This document shows positions 23,473 through 35,995 of a stretch of 64,000 bases of DNA, piece by piece (position 1 is the first letter of the stretch; each line of letters begins with the position of its first letter). A program made the position numbers and the translations under genes. This DNA is from Candidatus Nanopelagicus sp. (GTDB lineage Bacteria > Actinomycetota > Actinomycetes > Nanopelagicales > Nanopelagicaceae), in assembly GCA_964203335.1 (NCBI GenBank), contig CAXNKX010000002.1, positions 113,207 through 177,206 of the forward strand, given 5' to 3'. The notes under the pieces were generated by a model. It was not told the DNA's origin, did not search any database, and saw nothing but the letters and a program-made list of their open reading frames with translations.

Positions 23473-23961
23473 ATGGCGGATAGTAGTTTTGACATCGTTT
23501 CAAAAATTGATCAAATGGAGTTAGACAACGCCTTTAATCAATGTGACCGTGAGATCGCGACTAGGTATGACTTTAAGAATACGGGAGTGAAGGTAGAGAA
23601 AACTGGTATTAAGGTTTTAATTGAAGCTGATACTGAAGAGCGAGTTAAAGCTGCACTTGATGTTTTTAAGGATAAATTAGTTAAACGCAGTGTTTCACTA
23701 AAACATCTTGAATCTAGTGAGCCACAATTAAGTGGCAAAATATACCGGATTAGTTGTGAGTTTAAAGAGGGTATTACTACTGAGAATGCAAAGAAGATTG
23801 CAAAGTTTTTAAAAGAAAGTGGACCGAAGTCTTTAAAAACTCAAATCCAAGGTGATGAGCTTCGAGTATCAAGTAAAAGTAGAGATGATTTACAAACCGC
23901 GATTGCTCAAGTTAAGAATGAATCTTGGGATTTTGCTGTTCAATTTACTAACTACCGATAA
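23473..23961 (+). CDS. yajQ: YajQ family nucleotide (c-di-GMP)-binding protein
   Basis: SSFDIVSK..QMELDNA, QIQGDELRVSSKSRDDLQ, QFTNYR. Confidence 0.96.
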   Translation: MADSSFDIVSKIDQMELDNAFNQCDREIATRYDFKNTGVKVEKTGIKVLIEADTEERVKAALDVFKDKLVKRSVSLKHLESSEPQLSGKIYRISCEFKEGITTENAKKIAKFLKESGPKSLKTQIQGDELRVSSKSRDDLQTAIAQVKNESWDFAVQFTNYR

Positions 23962-23982
23962 CTACCTCGAGAAAAGGTCAGA

Positions 23983-24861
23983 TTGAATCGAAATAATTCA
24001 GGTATTGCATATGGTGTTGGCGCGTACATAATTTGGGGATTGCTCCCACTTTATTGGCGCTGGCTAGATCGAGCATCGGCGTTTGAAATTTTAGCAAATA
24101 GAGCAGTCTGGTCTTTAATAGTTTGTATTTTGTTTCTGGCATACCAAAAGCAGCTTCGTAGAACTTTGAGTTTAATTAAAAATACTAGAACTTTTTCACT
24201 ACTAGCACTTACCTCCCTACTGCTATCTATGAACTGGGGAATATACATTTGGTCAGTTTCAGTTGATCGAGTTGTTGAGGCAGCCCTTGGTTACTACATA
24301 ACCCCACTAGTTGCAGTGAGTTTTGGTGTTTTAGTATTAAAAGAAAAACTTCGCAGGTTACAAATAATCTCAATTGCATTAGCGACAATTGGCGTAATAA
24401 TTTTGACACTAACTTACGGGCATATTCCATTAATTGCACTAGGACTTGCTTTTAGTTGGGGCTCATATAGTTTGATCAAAAAAAGGTTGAATGCCGGCGC
24501 ACTAGAAACACTATCAATTGAAACTTTGGTTTCTTTTTTACCAAGCCTTACGTTCTTAATTGTTCTTATGGGTAAAAAAGAAGCTGAATTTGGCCAGGAT
24601 ATTGGTTTTTCACTAGCACTTGCTTCTGCTGGAATATTTACAGTAGCTCCGCTACTTATGTTTAACGCTGCAACTACTAGATTGCCACTTACGATTACTG
24701 GACTACTTCAATACATAACTCCTAGTATTATGTTTCTAATCGGAATTATAGTTTTTAATGAGCCCTTATCGGCTTCAAAATTAATAGGATTTTTATTTAT
24801 ATGGGTAGCGTTAGGATTTTTAGGGCGAGATCTATATAAATCAGGTAGATCGGTTAACTAA
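23983..24861 (+). CDS. rarD: EamA family transporter RarD
   Basis: AYIIWGLLPLYW, EILANRAVWS, EAALGYYITPL, GLLQYITPS; TTG start. Confidence 0.93.
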   Translation: MNRNNSGIAYGVGAYIIWGLLPLYWRWLDRASAFEILANRAVWSLIVCILFLAYQKQLRRTLSLIKNTRTFSLLALTSLLLSMNWGIYIWSVSVDRVVEAALGYYITPLVAVSFGVLVLKEKLRRLQIISIALATIGVIILTLTYGHIPLIALGLAFSWGSYSLIKKRLNAGALETLSIETLVSFLPSLTFLIVLMGKKEAEFGQDIGFSLALASAGIFTVAPLLMFNAATTRLPLTITGLLQYITPSIMFLIGIIVFNEPLSASKLIGFLFIWVALGFLGRDLYKSGRSVN

Positions 24862-25827
24862 AGCAAAGGTTAAATTTTTAAGTCCTTCTTTCGCAGCACC
24901 TTCAGGTAAATCAACTAATAAATCATTCGCTTCTTTAGCAACCTGAGCTAAATATTCTTGAACTTCCTTTACTGCATTATGAGTTCTAAGTTTGCTAATA
25001 ACATCTGGTAGATCTTGATCACTTATTGGGCCACGTAATTTAGCAATTAAATCTTTATCCCCTGGCTCATTAGCTGCAATAACATAAAGTGTTACTAGGG
25101 TTGGGATGCCTTCTTTTAGATCTGTTCCTGGTGTTTTACCTGAAGCAGTTTCACTACTTGCTACATCAAGAAGGTCATCAGCTACCTGAAATGCAACTCC
25201 TATTTTTTCCCCAAACTTTGTTAATACCTCTACCACTTCAGGTTTGGCTCCAGAAAGTAATGCACCAAATCTGGCGCTAGTGGCGATTAGTGATCCAGTT
25301 TTATCAGCCACTACCTTCATATAGTGATCAATTTGAGAAAGTCCTTCACTCTTGCCTTGAGTTTCTTTTATCTGCCCAATTACTAATCGTTCAAAAGTCT
25401 TTGCCTGTAATTTAACTGCATCTGGGCCAATATCTGCCAACATATCTGAAACCTTTGAGAACAAATAGTCCCCAGTTAAAATTGCCACAGCATTATTCCA
25501 CTTTTTATTTGCACTAATTACGCCGCGTCTTAATACCGCATCATCCATGACATCATCGTGATACAAGGTTGCAAGATGAGTCAGTTCACAACACACAGCG
25601 GCTTTAATAATGTCGTAATTAGTTGGATCACCAAACTGAGCAGCAATTAAGGTAAGTAAAGGTCGAAGTCTTTTGCCACCAGCTTCAACTAAATGCCTAG
25701 ATGTTTCAACAACTAATGGGTAATCTCCTTGAATGTGTGATCGCATTAACTCTTCAACTTTAACCATATCGGCAATGAGTGAGGCTTCAAGTTTCTTATC
25801 TAAATTCGGTATTCCTATCTGATTCAT
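24841..25827 (-). CDS. Polyprenyl diphosphate synthase (menaquinone side chain; HepT/GrcC-like)
   Basis: GGKRLRP, HDDVMDD..LRRG and FQVADDLLD aspartate-rich motifs. Confidence 0.95.
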   Translation of the reverse strand: MNQIGIPNLDKKLEASLIADMVKVEELMRSHIQGDYPLVVETSRHLVEAGGKRLRPLLTLIAAQFGDPTNYDIIKAAVCCELTHLATLYHDDVMDDAVLRRGVISANKKWNNAVAILTGDYLFSKVSDMLADIGPDAVKLQAKTFERLVIGQIKETQGKSEGLSQIDHYMKVVADKTGSLIATSARFGALLSGAKPEVVEVLTKFGEKIGVAFQVADDLLDVASSETASGKTPGTDLKEGIPTLVTLYVIAANEPGDKDLIAKLRGPISDQDLPDVISKLRTHNAVKEVQEYLAQVAKEANDLLVDLPEGAAKEGLKNLTFALVNRST

Positions 25828-27339
25828 TATTTAATGAAGCTAGCGAAATTACCTGCTGTAGTAAGTAGCAGTGAAGGTGCGATACCTAATACTATTGAAA
25901 TTAATACTGAGGCAGAAATAGAAATCTTGCTCTTAACTGAAGGAATAACTACAGAGACTGAGTCGTTAGTTGGATCAGTAAAGAACATCATAATTATTAC
26001 TCGGATATAGAAAAACGCTGCGATAGCACTTGCTAATACACCAATAACAACTAATGAGATATTCCCAGATTTATAAGCTGCTGAGAAAATTGCAAATTTT
26101 CCAACAAAACCTGAAGTTAGTGGAATACCAGCAAAACTTAATAATAGGAATGAGAAAGCAGCTGCAGTAAGTGGTGATTTCTTACCCAAACCGACCCATC
26201 GATTTAAATCACTAACCTCACCAGATGAATCCCTGATTAGAGCAATAATTCCAAATGCGGCAAGTGTGGCAAATCCATAAGCAAATAAGTAAAAGAGTGA
26301 TGCAGCTAAGCCATCTTTATTTAATGCTACAACTCCAGATAGCAAAAACCCTGCATGGGCAATAGATGAATATGCAAGCATACGTTTAACATCGCGTTGA
26401 GCAATTGCAACTATGGAACCAAACAACATTGTAATTATTGCTATGGCAATAATTATTGGTCGCCAGATTGTTTGTGACTCAGCAAAGCCAACATAGAAAA
26501 TTCTTAAAATAGCGCCGAATGCAGCTACCTTTGTGCAGGCAGCCATAAATGCGGTTATTGGAGTTGGCGCACCTTGATAAACATCTGGTGTCCAAGAGTG
26601 AAATGGGACTGCGCTAATTTTAAATAGTAATCCGACTGAGATAAAAACTATGCCGATCAGTAAGAAAACATCATTAGCACTTCCAACCGCGGCGCTAATC
26701 CCGACAAGTGAAATGGTTCCGGAATATCCATACAAAAATGCAGCTCCAAATAAGAAAAATGCAGATGCATATGCGCCTAATAAAAAGTACTTCAGTGCCG
26801 ACTCTTGCGATAGCAATCGACGCCGACGAGCTAAACCAGCTAATAAATATAGTGGTAGTGAAAATACTTCTAGTGCGACAAATAAAGTTACTAAGTCGCT
26901 AGCAACTGTAAACAACATCATTCCTGCATACAGCAAATAAAAATAGTGGGAATATTTCAGTTTGCTGGCTCTTCTCCTGTAGCGCATTTTGTTCCTCAGG
27001 TGAACCAGGAAGTGCTGAAGCTTGAGCTACAAAGTTATCTTGATCAGCAATTAATAAAACAGCAACTAATGACAATAATATAATTGTGGCTTGTAAGAAA
27101 ATTCCTGCTTTATCAATGGTTACAGAACCAACTGCTGCAGTAGTAGATGATAAATCTTTAATTCGCCATAATTGTTGTAGTGAAAGTAAAAGTACACCGA
27201 TACTTAGTGTTACTTGGATAGCTGTACGGCGGGCTTTGCCAACAAATGCTTCAACTAAAACTCCAATTACCGCACCTGCTAACACAATAAGCATTGGTGC
27301 TAGTAGCGAGTAACCTAAAGATGGTGCGGTTAACATCAC
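25827..27339 (-). pseudogene. nuoN: NADH dehydrogenase subunit N, one +1 frameshift near 26929 as assembled (likely artefact)
   Basis: ORF 26899..27339 (..QTEIFPLFLFAV) continues in another frame as AGMMLFTVASDL..ESALKYFLLG..FKISAVPFHSWTPDVYQGAP. Confidence 0.92.
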
Positions 27340-28843
27340 TTACCTACCTTTGCAACTGGATCACTAAAACCGGCATTTGTTACAACTTGTTCAGATGTTG
27401 GATTTATTAGGTCTAAAACGGGTTTTGGATAGAAGCCCATCAGGACAATTACTAATATAACTGGAGCGATAGCTATTTTTTCACGCAGATTTAAATCAGT
27501 TAAATTTTCGTTGCCCGGAGTAGTTGGGCCCTGTAATATTTTTTGAACTGGAATTAAAATATATAAAGCAGCTAAAATTATTCCTAGTGTTCCAATAATT
27601 GCTGCTACTGGATAACGTGTATATGTACCAACTAATACTAGAAACTCACTTACGAAAGCTTGATAATCCAGGTAAAGCCAAGCTAGACATTCCAGCAATA
27701 AAGAAAGTCCAAGCCATTACCGGCGTAACTCTTTGCAGTCCACCAAAATCAGAAATAGTTGATGATCCTCTTCGCATCATCATCCAACCAGCAATTAAGA
27801 AGAGTGCGGCGGTAGAAAACCCATGATTTACCATATACAAATTTGCACCAGACATACCTTGTGATGTCATAGCAAAGATACCCATAGTTATAAAACCAAA
27901 GTGTGAGATTGAGGTGAAGGCGATAAGACCTTTAATATCTTTTTGACCGATTGCCATAAATGCTCCATAAATAATAGAAATTACAGCTAAGGTAATAATT
28001 AATGGCGTGAATGTTTTACTAGCGTCTGGAAATAATTGGATACAAAAACGTATCATTCCGTAAGTACCAACTTTATCTAGTACACCAAGTAGAAGTACTG
28101 ATGTCCCAGGAGTCGCTGCTTTGGCAGCATCTGGTAGCCAAGTATGAAATGGCCATAATGGTGCTTTAATTGCGAATGCAATAAAAAAGCCAAGAAATAA
28201 AAAGTTTTCGGTTTGATTATCAATTTCAAGAGTTGCAAGCTGTGCTAAATCAAAGGTTGCACCGATTTGATTTCCAGAAATAACATAAATACCAATAATT
28301 GAGGCAAGCATTAGCAAACCACCGAATAAGCTATAAAGTAAAAACTTAACTGCAGCAGCTGATTTATTGCCACTTCCATATCCACCGATTAGGAAATAAA
28401 TTGGAATCAGCATTGCTTCGAAAAATACGTAGAAAAGAAATAGGTCAGTTGCAGCAAAAACGCCAATCATCATTGTTTCTAGTATTAAAATTAGAACATA
28501 GAAAACTTTTGCGCTCCATCGCCCTCTGTCAGATTCATGCCAAGTAGCAAGTACAACAATTGGTACTAAAATCGTAGAGAGCAGTATTAATACAAGTGAA
28601 ATACCATCAATACCTACTGAGTAATTAATGTTAAAGGTAGGAATCCAAGCATTACTCTGCACATACTGAAGTGATGTATCTGACTTATCAAAACCGACTG
28701 CTAGCAGAATAGAAATTATTGCGATAACTGTTGTTCCACCGAAAGCAACTTTTTTAATCAATCCAATATTTTTACTTGGTATTGCAACGATTAGAAACTG
28801 AAATAACTAATGGCAATAATCCGATAATTGTTAATAGACTCAC
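27336..28843 (-). pseudogene. nuoM: NADH dehydrogenase subunit M, two +1 frameshifts (near 28796 and 27655) as assembled
   Basis: GTG 28843 MSLLTIIGLLPLVISV | LIVAIPSKNIGLIKK..IKAPLWPFHTWLPDA..LALPGLSSF | VSEFLVLVG. Confidence 0.92.
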
Positions 28844-30735
28844 GCGGTCACCGCCCAAATAACAGTTAGAAGGGCTAATGCGCCGATTACAGTCATTAGT
28901 GCGTAACTTCTGACATAGCCATTTTGTAGAGTTCGAAGTTTGCTACCAGCAGTTATTGAAACACTACCAACTGCTCTAACTAATCCATCAATTATTAAGT
29001 AGTCAAGGTTTAATAGATTACTAACTAATGATTGTCCTGGACGCATAAATACAACTTCATTTAAATCATCTTGAAATAGATCACGCCTTGCAGCTTTTGT
29101 TAGCAATGAAACCTTTGTCTGGAGCAATTGCTAATTGATCACCACGATACTTAATAACTGCAATCGAAACTCCAATGATTACCACTAGAGAGCGTCATTG
29201 CTGAAACCACTAAATGGTGGTAAAAATTCCTCTGCATGATGTTCTTTAAGCGGGTTTACAACTGGTTCTAGCCAATGAACTAATCCTTCACCCTTAGATA
29301 AAATAAAACCAGATGCAATTGATCCAACAGATAGCAATCCAATCGGAATTAACATTAATGCTGGACTCTCGTGTGGCTCATCTTTATGGCCCCATCTTTC
29401 ATTTCCAAAGAAAGTCAAAATTACAACTCGAGTCATGTAAAAGGCAGTGATCATTGCGCCAAGCAAGGTGGCTAAACCTAATGTGATTCCTTTTATGCCT
29501 CCGGCATTAAATGCAGTTTCAATGATTTTATCTTTTGAATAAAAACCAGCAAATGGTGGTACTCCAATAATTGCTAAGTAGCCAAGCCCAAAGGTAAGAG
29601 CAGTAATTGGCATAAACTTTCCAACTCCACCAAATTTTCTCATGTTTACTTCATCTTTCATGCCATGCATTACAGAACCGGCGCCAAGAAACATACTTGC
29701 CTTAAAGAAACCATGAGTTAGTAAGTGCATGATTGCAAAGGCATAACCGATTGGACCAAGTCCGGTTGCTAAAATCATGTAGCCAATTTGAGACATAGTT
29801 GATGCTGCAAGTGCTTTTTTAATATCATCTTTAGCAGTTCCAATAATTGCACCAAATAGCAAAGTAACGCCGCCAATAATTAAGACCATCATTTGCGCAA
29901 TTGGTGCCTCATCAAAGATGAAGTTTGAGCGAGTAATTAAATAGACGCCAGCGGTAACCATTGTTGCAGCATGAATTAAGGCAGAGACTGGTGTCGGACC
30001 AGCCATAGCATCACCTAACCAAGACTGAAGTGGGAACTGAGCTGATTTTCCACAAGCTGCGAGTAATAACATTAAACCGATCGCAGTTAGTTGAGTTGAA
30101 GAGGCATTCTCTGTTTGATCTTTGATCCCAGCAAATGAAACATCACCAAAGGTTGCAAACGCAATCATGATGGCAAGTGATAGACCAACATCACCAACTC
30201 GGTTAGCTATAAATGCTTTCTTTGCTGCAGTGGCATACGCTGGCTTTTGATTCCAGAATCCAATTAGGAGATAGGAAGCAAGACCAACGCCTTCCCAACC
30301 GACATACAGATTTAAATATGAATCTCCCAGTACTAATAGCAGCATTGCGGCAATAAAAAAATTTAAATATGCAAAAAATCTACGGCGGTCTAGATCATGA
30401 GACATATAAGCAATTGAGTAGATATGAATCAATGTACCAACACCAGTTATTAATAGCACAAAACAAATAGATAATTGATCTAGAAGTAATGAGGCATCTA
30501 CATTAAATGAACCGACTGAGATCCAAGTAAATAATTTTTGAGTTACCGCGCGTGATTCTTCTGCTCTTCCTTGCATTGCAAAAAACTCAACAGCGCCAAC
30601 CGTGAATGTGCAGGCAGAGACAATAGTAGCCATGACATGTCCCCAAGAATTTGATCTTTTACCAGCTAAAAGCAAAATAGCAGAGCTAAATAATGGGAGC
30701 GCAATTAACCAAACTAAATTAGCTGAAGTTAACAT
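28840..30735 (-). pseudogene. nuoL: NADH dehydrogenase subunit L, three +1 frameshifts (near 29213, 29190, 29115) as assembled
   Basis: [32 protein letters not shown]; C-terminal part (LQNGYVRSYA) lies in ORF 28840..29127. Confidence 0.92.
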
Positions 30736-30736
30736 T

Positions 30737-31036
30737 TTATAGTTTCAACAAACTTGCATCATCGACTGAGGCAGAACGACGAGATCTATAAATTGTTACA
30801 ATAATTGCAAGTCCAACTACAACCTCACAAGCAGCTACAACCATTGTGAAGAATGCGACAACTTGTCCATCCAAATTTCCATTAATTCGGGCAAAAGTAA
30901 CAAAGGCTAAATTTGCTGCATTTAGCATTAATTCAATACACATAAAAACAACAATTGCATTACGTCTTACTACAACACCAATAGCGCCTATCGTAAACAA
31001 AATTGCAGAAAGATAAAGGTAGTTAGCGATTGCCAT
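30737..31036 (-). CDS. nuoK: NADH dehydrogenase subunit K
   Basis: [32 protein letters not shown]. Confidence 0.97.
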   Translation of the reverse strand: MAIANYLYLSAILFTIGAIGVVVRRNAIVVFMCIELMLNAANLAFVTFARINGNLDGQVVAFFTMVVAACEVVVGLAIIVTIYRSRRSASVDDASLLKL

Positions 31037-31815
31037 CACTTCTCCTCTTCTTCGGCTTGAAGTTGGAATTTAGAACTTTCGATAATGTCACCTCTGGCTT
31101 GGAGCACTGCAGAGATTGAAGTTGGTGCAGCTTTTCCAGTAGGCAATAAAGCTGGTACATCTACTGCGTTGTGAAGTGCATAAACACCTGGACCAGGAAG
31201 GCCTGCAGCATCTTTAAGTTCGCCTTTTCTAAAACGAGCAATAGATAGATCTCGTTGAGCAAATTTAGATCGAGATTTTTGGCTATGGGCTAAAACCATT
31301 GCACCCAACGCTGCAGTAATTAATAGTGCTGAAACAACTTCAAAAGCAAAGACGTATTTTGTAAACAATAATTCAGCAATAGCATTTGCATTACCTGCAG
31401 AATTTGCATCGATGAAAACAGATGTGGGTCTACCAAATGTTGCACGAGATATCAAAGATGTAAGTAGTCCGCCAAAACCAATTGCTGCAGTAATTGCAAT
31501 AGGACGTAGTCCCTTTATGTTTTCATCAAGTGAGTCAGATGTGTCAACACCAACTAACATTAAAATAAATAGGAAGAGCATCATTACTGCTCCGGTATAA
31601 ACCACAATCTGAACAATTCCTAAAAACAGTGCATCTTGGGCAATATAAAAAATGGCTAAGGAAATCATTACCCAAGCTAGAAGTAATGCAGAATGAACTG
31701 CTTTTTTAACTAATAGCATTCCAATCGAAGCTAAAATAGAAAGTGGGGCTAGAAAATAAAACAAAATCGATTCAGGGCCAGCTGTTGTACCAATATCGAG
31801 GGCTAAATTAATCAT
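31036..31815 (-). CDS. nuoJ: NADH dehydrogenase subunit J
   Basis: [29 protein letters not shown]; start placed at ATG 31815 overlapping the nuoI end. Confidence 0.95.
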   Translation of the reverse strand: MINLALDIGTTAGPESILFYFLAPLSILASIGMLLVKKAVHSALLLAWVMISLAIFYIAQDALFLGIVQIVVYTGAVMMLFLFILMLVGVDTSDSLDENIKGLRPIAITAAIGFGGLLTSLISRATFGRPTSVFIDANSAGNANAIAELLFTKYVFAFEVVSALLITAALGAMVLAHSQKSRSKFAQRDLSIARFRKGELKDAAGLPGPGVYALHNAVDVPALLPTGKAAPTSISAVLQARGDIIESSKFQLQAEEEEK

Positions 31816-32431
31816 TTTTAGCGATGCCTTGGGATGGATGTGAACCAGTGACTTCACCGCGATAATAATTACCATCATCTGTGTTTGGATACATTGGATG
31901 TGGTGGTGGAACCATTCCAGCTCTTAGTGGACCTAACAGATCATCTTTTTCAAATATCAATTTTGCACGAGTGTCATCAGCTAATTCATACTCATTTGTC
32001 ATAGTTAGTGCTCGTGTTGGACATGCTTCTATGCAAAGTCCACAAAAAATACAACGTAAGTAATTAATTTGATAAACCTTGCCATACCGTTCACCTGGTG
32101 AAAATTGCTCACCCTCTTTGTTATCAGCACCTTCAACATAAATAGCATCAGCAGGACATGCCCAAGCACATAACTCGCAGCCAATACATTTCTCGAGTCC
32201 GTCAGGGTGACGGTTTAATTGGTGTCGACCATGAAAACGCTCTGCTGTGGGTTCTTTAACCTCTGGGTATTGAACAGTATTAACTTTTTTAAACATTGTT
32301 TTAAATGTGACCCAAAAACCAAGCAGTTGCTTACCTAGGCTTGCGCTTTCATGGTTTGTAATAGGTGCCTTTGCTGCATCAGATTTGGCTAAACCAAACT
32401 CATCAGATCTGGGCATTAATTCATCAGCCAT
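31808..32431 (-). CDS. nuoI: NADH dehydrogenase subunit I
   Basis: Two CxxCxxCxxxCP motifs ([24 protein letters not shown]). Confidence 0.98.
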   Translation of the reverse strand: MADELMPRSDEFGLAKSDAAKAPITNHESASLGKQLLGFWVTFKTMFKKVNTVQYPEVKEPTAERFHGRHQLNRHPDGLEKCIGCELCAWACPADAIYVEGADNKEGEQFSPGERYGKVYQINYLRCIFCGLCIEACPTRALTMTNEYELADDTRAKLIFEKDDLLGPLRAGMVPPPHPMYPNTDDGNYYRGEVTGSHPSQGIAKND

Positions 32432-33647
32432 TTAATTGCTCCGCTCTTGAGTTTGGGATTTCTGGTACAGGAAAATCTGGTTCGGAATAGTTTGTAATCT
32501 TTGATTCAATGGCAGTTTTAACTTTTGCTCTATCAATAAGTGTAGTCACTGCGATATATATTAAAGCTACTGAAAAAATAAAGGCAACTACCAAAAAGTT
32601 AGAACTCTCTCTTTGGGAGAGTACTCGAAGCGTTGAAACAATCATGATCCAAACAAGTGAAAATGGAATTAATACTTTCCAACCAAACTTCATAAACTGG
32701 TCATACCGTAGGCGTGGCAGAGTTCCCCGTAGCCATACAAATACAAAGAAGAAAGCTAATACCTTTACAAAGAACCAGACTAATGTAAACCAACCACCTA
32801 GCCATTGCTCTGTAAAACCAAGCCCAGGAAGTGCTCGATAACCACCTAGGAATAAAGTTGTTGCTAAAGCAGACACTGCAAGTATATTTACATATTCTGA
32901 CAAGAAAAATAGTGCGAATTTAAGTGATGAATACTCAGTATGGAATCCGCCAACTAATTCACCTTCTGCCTCTGCTAGATCAAATGGTGCACGGTTGGTT
33001 TCACCAACCATAGATATTGCATAAATAATAAACGATGGGAAAAGAACTACGGCATACCACCATCTGTCTTGTGCTGCCACAATTTCAGAAGTGGACATTG
33101 ATCCTGAATATATAAATACTGCAACTAAAGAGAGCCCCATAGCAACTTCGTAAGAAATAACTTGAGCAGATGAGCGAAGTCCGCCTAATAAAGGATAGGT
33201 GGAGCCGGAAGACCATCCTGCTAAAACAATTCCATATACACCAACTGATGCAATTGCTAAGACATAAAGTACACCAACAGATAAGTCTGTAAGTTGCATC
33301 GCTGTTGTATACCCAAAGAAATTAACTTCACCAGTTAATGGAATTACTGCAAAAGCCATAAAACAAGTGGTGGTACTAATAATTGGTGCTAATACAAAAA
33401 TAATCCGATCCGCTGCTTTTGGAATTAAATCCTCTTTTAAAGCTAGTTTTACGCCATCTACTAAAGCTTGTAGTAACCCGAATTTACCAACTCTGTTTGG
33501 CCCACTTCGTTGTTGCATACGTGCAACGATTCGCCGCTCTCCCCAAACTGACATGATTGTTAAAAATACGCATGCAGCAAAAATTATTACTCCTTTAAGA
33601 GCAATAATCCAACCCGGATCTTGGCTAATTAATTCTGCATTAGTCAT
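32424..33647 (-). CDS. nuoH: NADH dehydrogenase subunit H
   Basis: [43 protein letters not shown]. Confidence 0.98.
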   Translation of the reverse strand: MTNAELISQDPGWIIALKGVIIFAACVFLTIMSVWGERRIVARMQQRSGPNRVGKFGLLQALVDGVKLALKEDLIPKAADRIIFVLAPIISTTTCFMAFAVIPLTGEVNFFGYTTAMQLTDLSVGVLYVLAIASVGVYGIVLAGWSSGSTYPLLGGLRSSAQVISYEVAMGLSLVAVFIYSGSMSTSEIVAAQDRWWYAVVLFPSFIIYAISMVGETNRAPFDLAEAEGELVGGFHTEYSSLKFALFFLSEYVNILAVSALATTLFLGGYRALPGLGFTEQWLGGWFTLVWFFVKVLAFFFVFVWLRGTLPRLRYDQFMKFGWKVLIPFSLVWIMIVSTLRVLSQRESSNFLVVAFIFSVALIYIAVTTLIDRAKVKTAIESKITNYSEPDFPVPEIPNSRAEQLNG

Positions 33648-35995
33648 GCTTTGGCCACCTTAACAATTGAATTGCTAACAACGCCTAAATTTCTAATTAA
33701 CTGACTACTGGCTGAATTACGAGGTAACCAAACACTAGCTTCTTCAATATCAGTAATTTGGCATGGCAATGTGATTGCACCATACTCATTTGAAACTCTA
33801 ACTAGTTCACTTTCTTTAACTCCAAGTTTTTTTGCTCTATCTGCGCTAATTACTACAACTGATTTGCGAGCAGTTCCAGCAAGATTATCCTCGCCATCTT
33901 GCAGAGAACCTTTATCTAGCAGATTTCGCCAAGAGGTAAGAATGGCTTCATCACTTGATACATTCTTGCTAGCCACAGGGGTAACTGTCTTCATACTATT
34001 TTTCACGCCATCCCAATTACCAATTGAATCAAACTCAACTCGAGCTGCCTTAACTGTTGGTAGGTTAATTGGCTTACCAATTTCATCAGCTAACATAGAC
34101 AAAATTCTTACATCACTTCTATTTAATGATTGAGCAACTGCTGCTTCAAATTTACGGACATTTCCTTGCCAATCCATAAATGACCCACTTTTTTCAACTA
34201 CAGTAGCAACTGGTAACACAACGCTTGCAATATCTGTAATGTCACTATGTCGAATTTCTAATGAAACTATAAATTTCTTAGACAACTTTATCTTTGCATC
34301 AGGAGAGATATCCATCGGGTCAACTGCGCCAACTAGTACTGCCTGTATGTCAGAGTTAATAATCTCTAAAGTGCTCATTCCAGAATCTGTTGGTATTGAA
34401 GAAGATGCCCAAACAGTTGCGATATCAACTCTGGCTGCTGAGTCAGAAACTAATCTATTTCCAGGTAATAAATTACCTGCAGCTCCCGCTGCGATAGCAC
34501 CACGTTCTCCTGCTCTTCTTGGTACCCAACCAAGTTTTGCACCAGATTGACTTATTAACTGTAAAACTGCAGATAGTGCTCCGGGTGTTTCTGATAATCG
34601 CTCACCTACTAGAACCACAGTCTTTTTTGTTAATCCAGTAAGTGAAGAAATAGCTGAGATCTCATTACCAGCAGCACTCTTAATTAGATTTGCCTTTAAC
34701 TTCTCACTACCCCTGCTCGCAAATGGTGCAATAGTTGTAACTTTTATGGACCGCTTGTAAGTTTGTTTATAAATACGAAGAAAAATAATTGGTGATTCAT
34801 CTTCTGGTTCAAAATTAATTAGTACAACATGGTCTGCTTTATCAATATCTTTATAAGTAGCAGTTAATGGTGCACTAGCTAAGAAATCTAACTCTTCATT
34901 ACTGTGAACGCGTGATCTAAAATCAATGTTGTTTGTACCCAGTGCAATGCGTGCAAACTTGCTATAACCGTAGGCATCTTCAATTGTCGCACGCCCACCA
35001 ACTAAAACTCCTGCTTTAGCATCTCTTAAACCTGCTGCAGCTGCTGCTAAAGCTTCAGGCCATGACACTTCTTGTAGTTGCCCACTTGAATCTCTAATCA
35101 TTGGAGCAGTTAATCTGTTCTTTGCTACTTCATACTTAAATGCCCATCTACCTTTATCGCAATTCCACTCTTCGTTAACATCAGCATCATCACCAGCTAA
35201 TCTTCTTAATGTTTTACCACGCCTAACATCAGTACGCATGTCACATCCTGAAGCGCAGTGTTCACAAGCAGAATTAGTTGAAACTAAATCAAATGGCCGG
35301 GCACGGAATCGATATGAAGTGCCAGTAAGTGCGCCAACTGGGCAAATCTGCACAGTATTACCTGAGTAATAAGAATCAAATGGCTCATCTTCATATATAC
35401 CAACTTGTTGCAGAGCGCCTCGCTCATTTAATGTAATAAATGGATCACCGGCGATCTGTTCAGAAAATCTTGTGCATCGGGCGCAAAGTACGCACCTCTC
35501 TCTATCTAGTAATACTTGAGATGAAATAGCAACTGGTTTTTCGAATGTGCGCTTTATTCCTTCAAATCTAGATTCACTTCTGCCAGTAGACATTGCTTGA
35601 TTTTGAAGTGGACATTCACCACCCTTATCGCAAACTGGGCAATCAAGTGGATGATTAATTAATAGCAACTCCATAACACCTTTTTGTGCTTTATCTGCGA
35701 CAGCTGAGGTTAATTGAGTTTTAACAATCATTCCGTTTTCAACTGGAATCGTGCAAGAGGCTTGTGGTTTAGGGAATGCTCTGCCATTTATTTCAATATC
35801 TACCAAACATTGCCGGCAAGCACCGGCTGGTTCAAGTAATGGGTGATCACAAAATCTTGGAATCTGTATTCCTAATTTTTCTGCAGCCCGGATTACCAGA
35901 GTTCCTTTTGGAACAGTTATTTCAAAACCATCAATAACGCAGGTAATCATTTCAACTGCTACCTCTTGATCTGTGCTTAACTCTTGAATACTCAT
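33644..35995 (-). CDS. nuoG: NADH dehydrogenase subunit G
   Basis: IPRFCDH..GACRQCLV, HPLDCPVCDKGGECPLQ, CVLCARC, CEHCASGC. Confidence 0.98.
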   Translation of the reverse strand: MSIQELSTDQEVAVEMITCVIDGFEITVPKGTLVIRAAEKLGIQIPRFCDHPLLEPAGACRQCLVDIEINGRAFPKPQASCTIPVENGMIVKTQLTSAVADKAQKGVMELLLINHPLDCPVCDKGGECPLQNQAMSTGRSESRFEGIKRTFEKPVAISSQVLLDRERCVLCARCTRFSEQIAGDPFITLNERGALQQVGIYEDEPFDSYYSGNTVQICPVGALTGTSYRFRARPFDLVSTNSACEHCASGCDMRTDVRRGKTLRRLAGDDADVNEEWNCDKGRWAFKYEVAKNRLTAPMIRDSSGQLQEVSWPEALAAAAAGLRDAKAGVLVGGRATIEDAYGYSKFARIALGTNNIDFRSRVHSNEELDFLASAPLTATYKDIDKADHVVLINFEPEDESPIIFLRIYKQTYKRSIKVTTIAPFASRGSEKLKANLIKSAAGNEISAISSLTGLTKKTVVLVGERLSETPGALSAVLQLISQSGAKLGWVPRRAGERGAIAAGAAGNLLPGNRLVSDSAARVDIATVWASSSIPTDSGMSTLEIINSDIQAVLVGAVDPMDISPDAKIKLSKKFIVSLEIRHSDITDIASVVLPVATVVEKSGSFMDWQGNVRKFEAAVAQSLNRSDVRILSMLADEIGKPINLPTVKAARVEFDSIGNWDGVKNSMKTVTPVASKNVSSDEAILTSWRNLLDKGSLQDGEDNLAGTARKSVVVISADRAKKLGVKESELVRVSNEYGAITLPCQITDIEEASVWLPRNSASSQLIRNLGVVSNSIVKVAKA

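Noticed and set aside
26899-29220. Programmed ribosomal frameshifting or split-subunit complex I
   Set aside because: No shared slippery heptamer or stimulatory structure; three shifts within 100 bp of nuoL are better explained by consensus errors.
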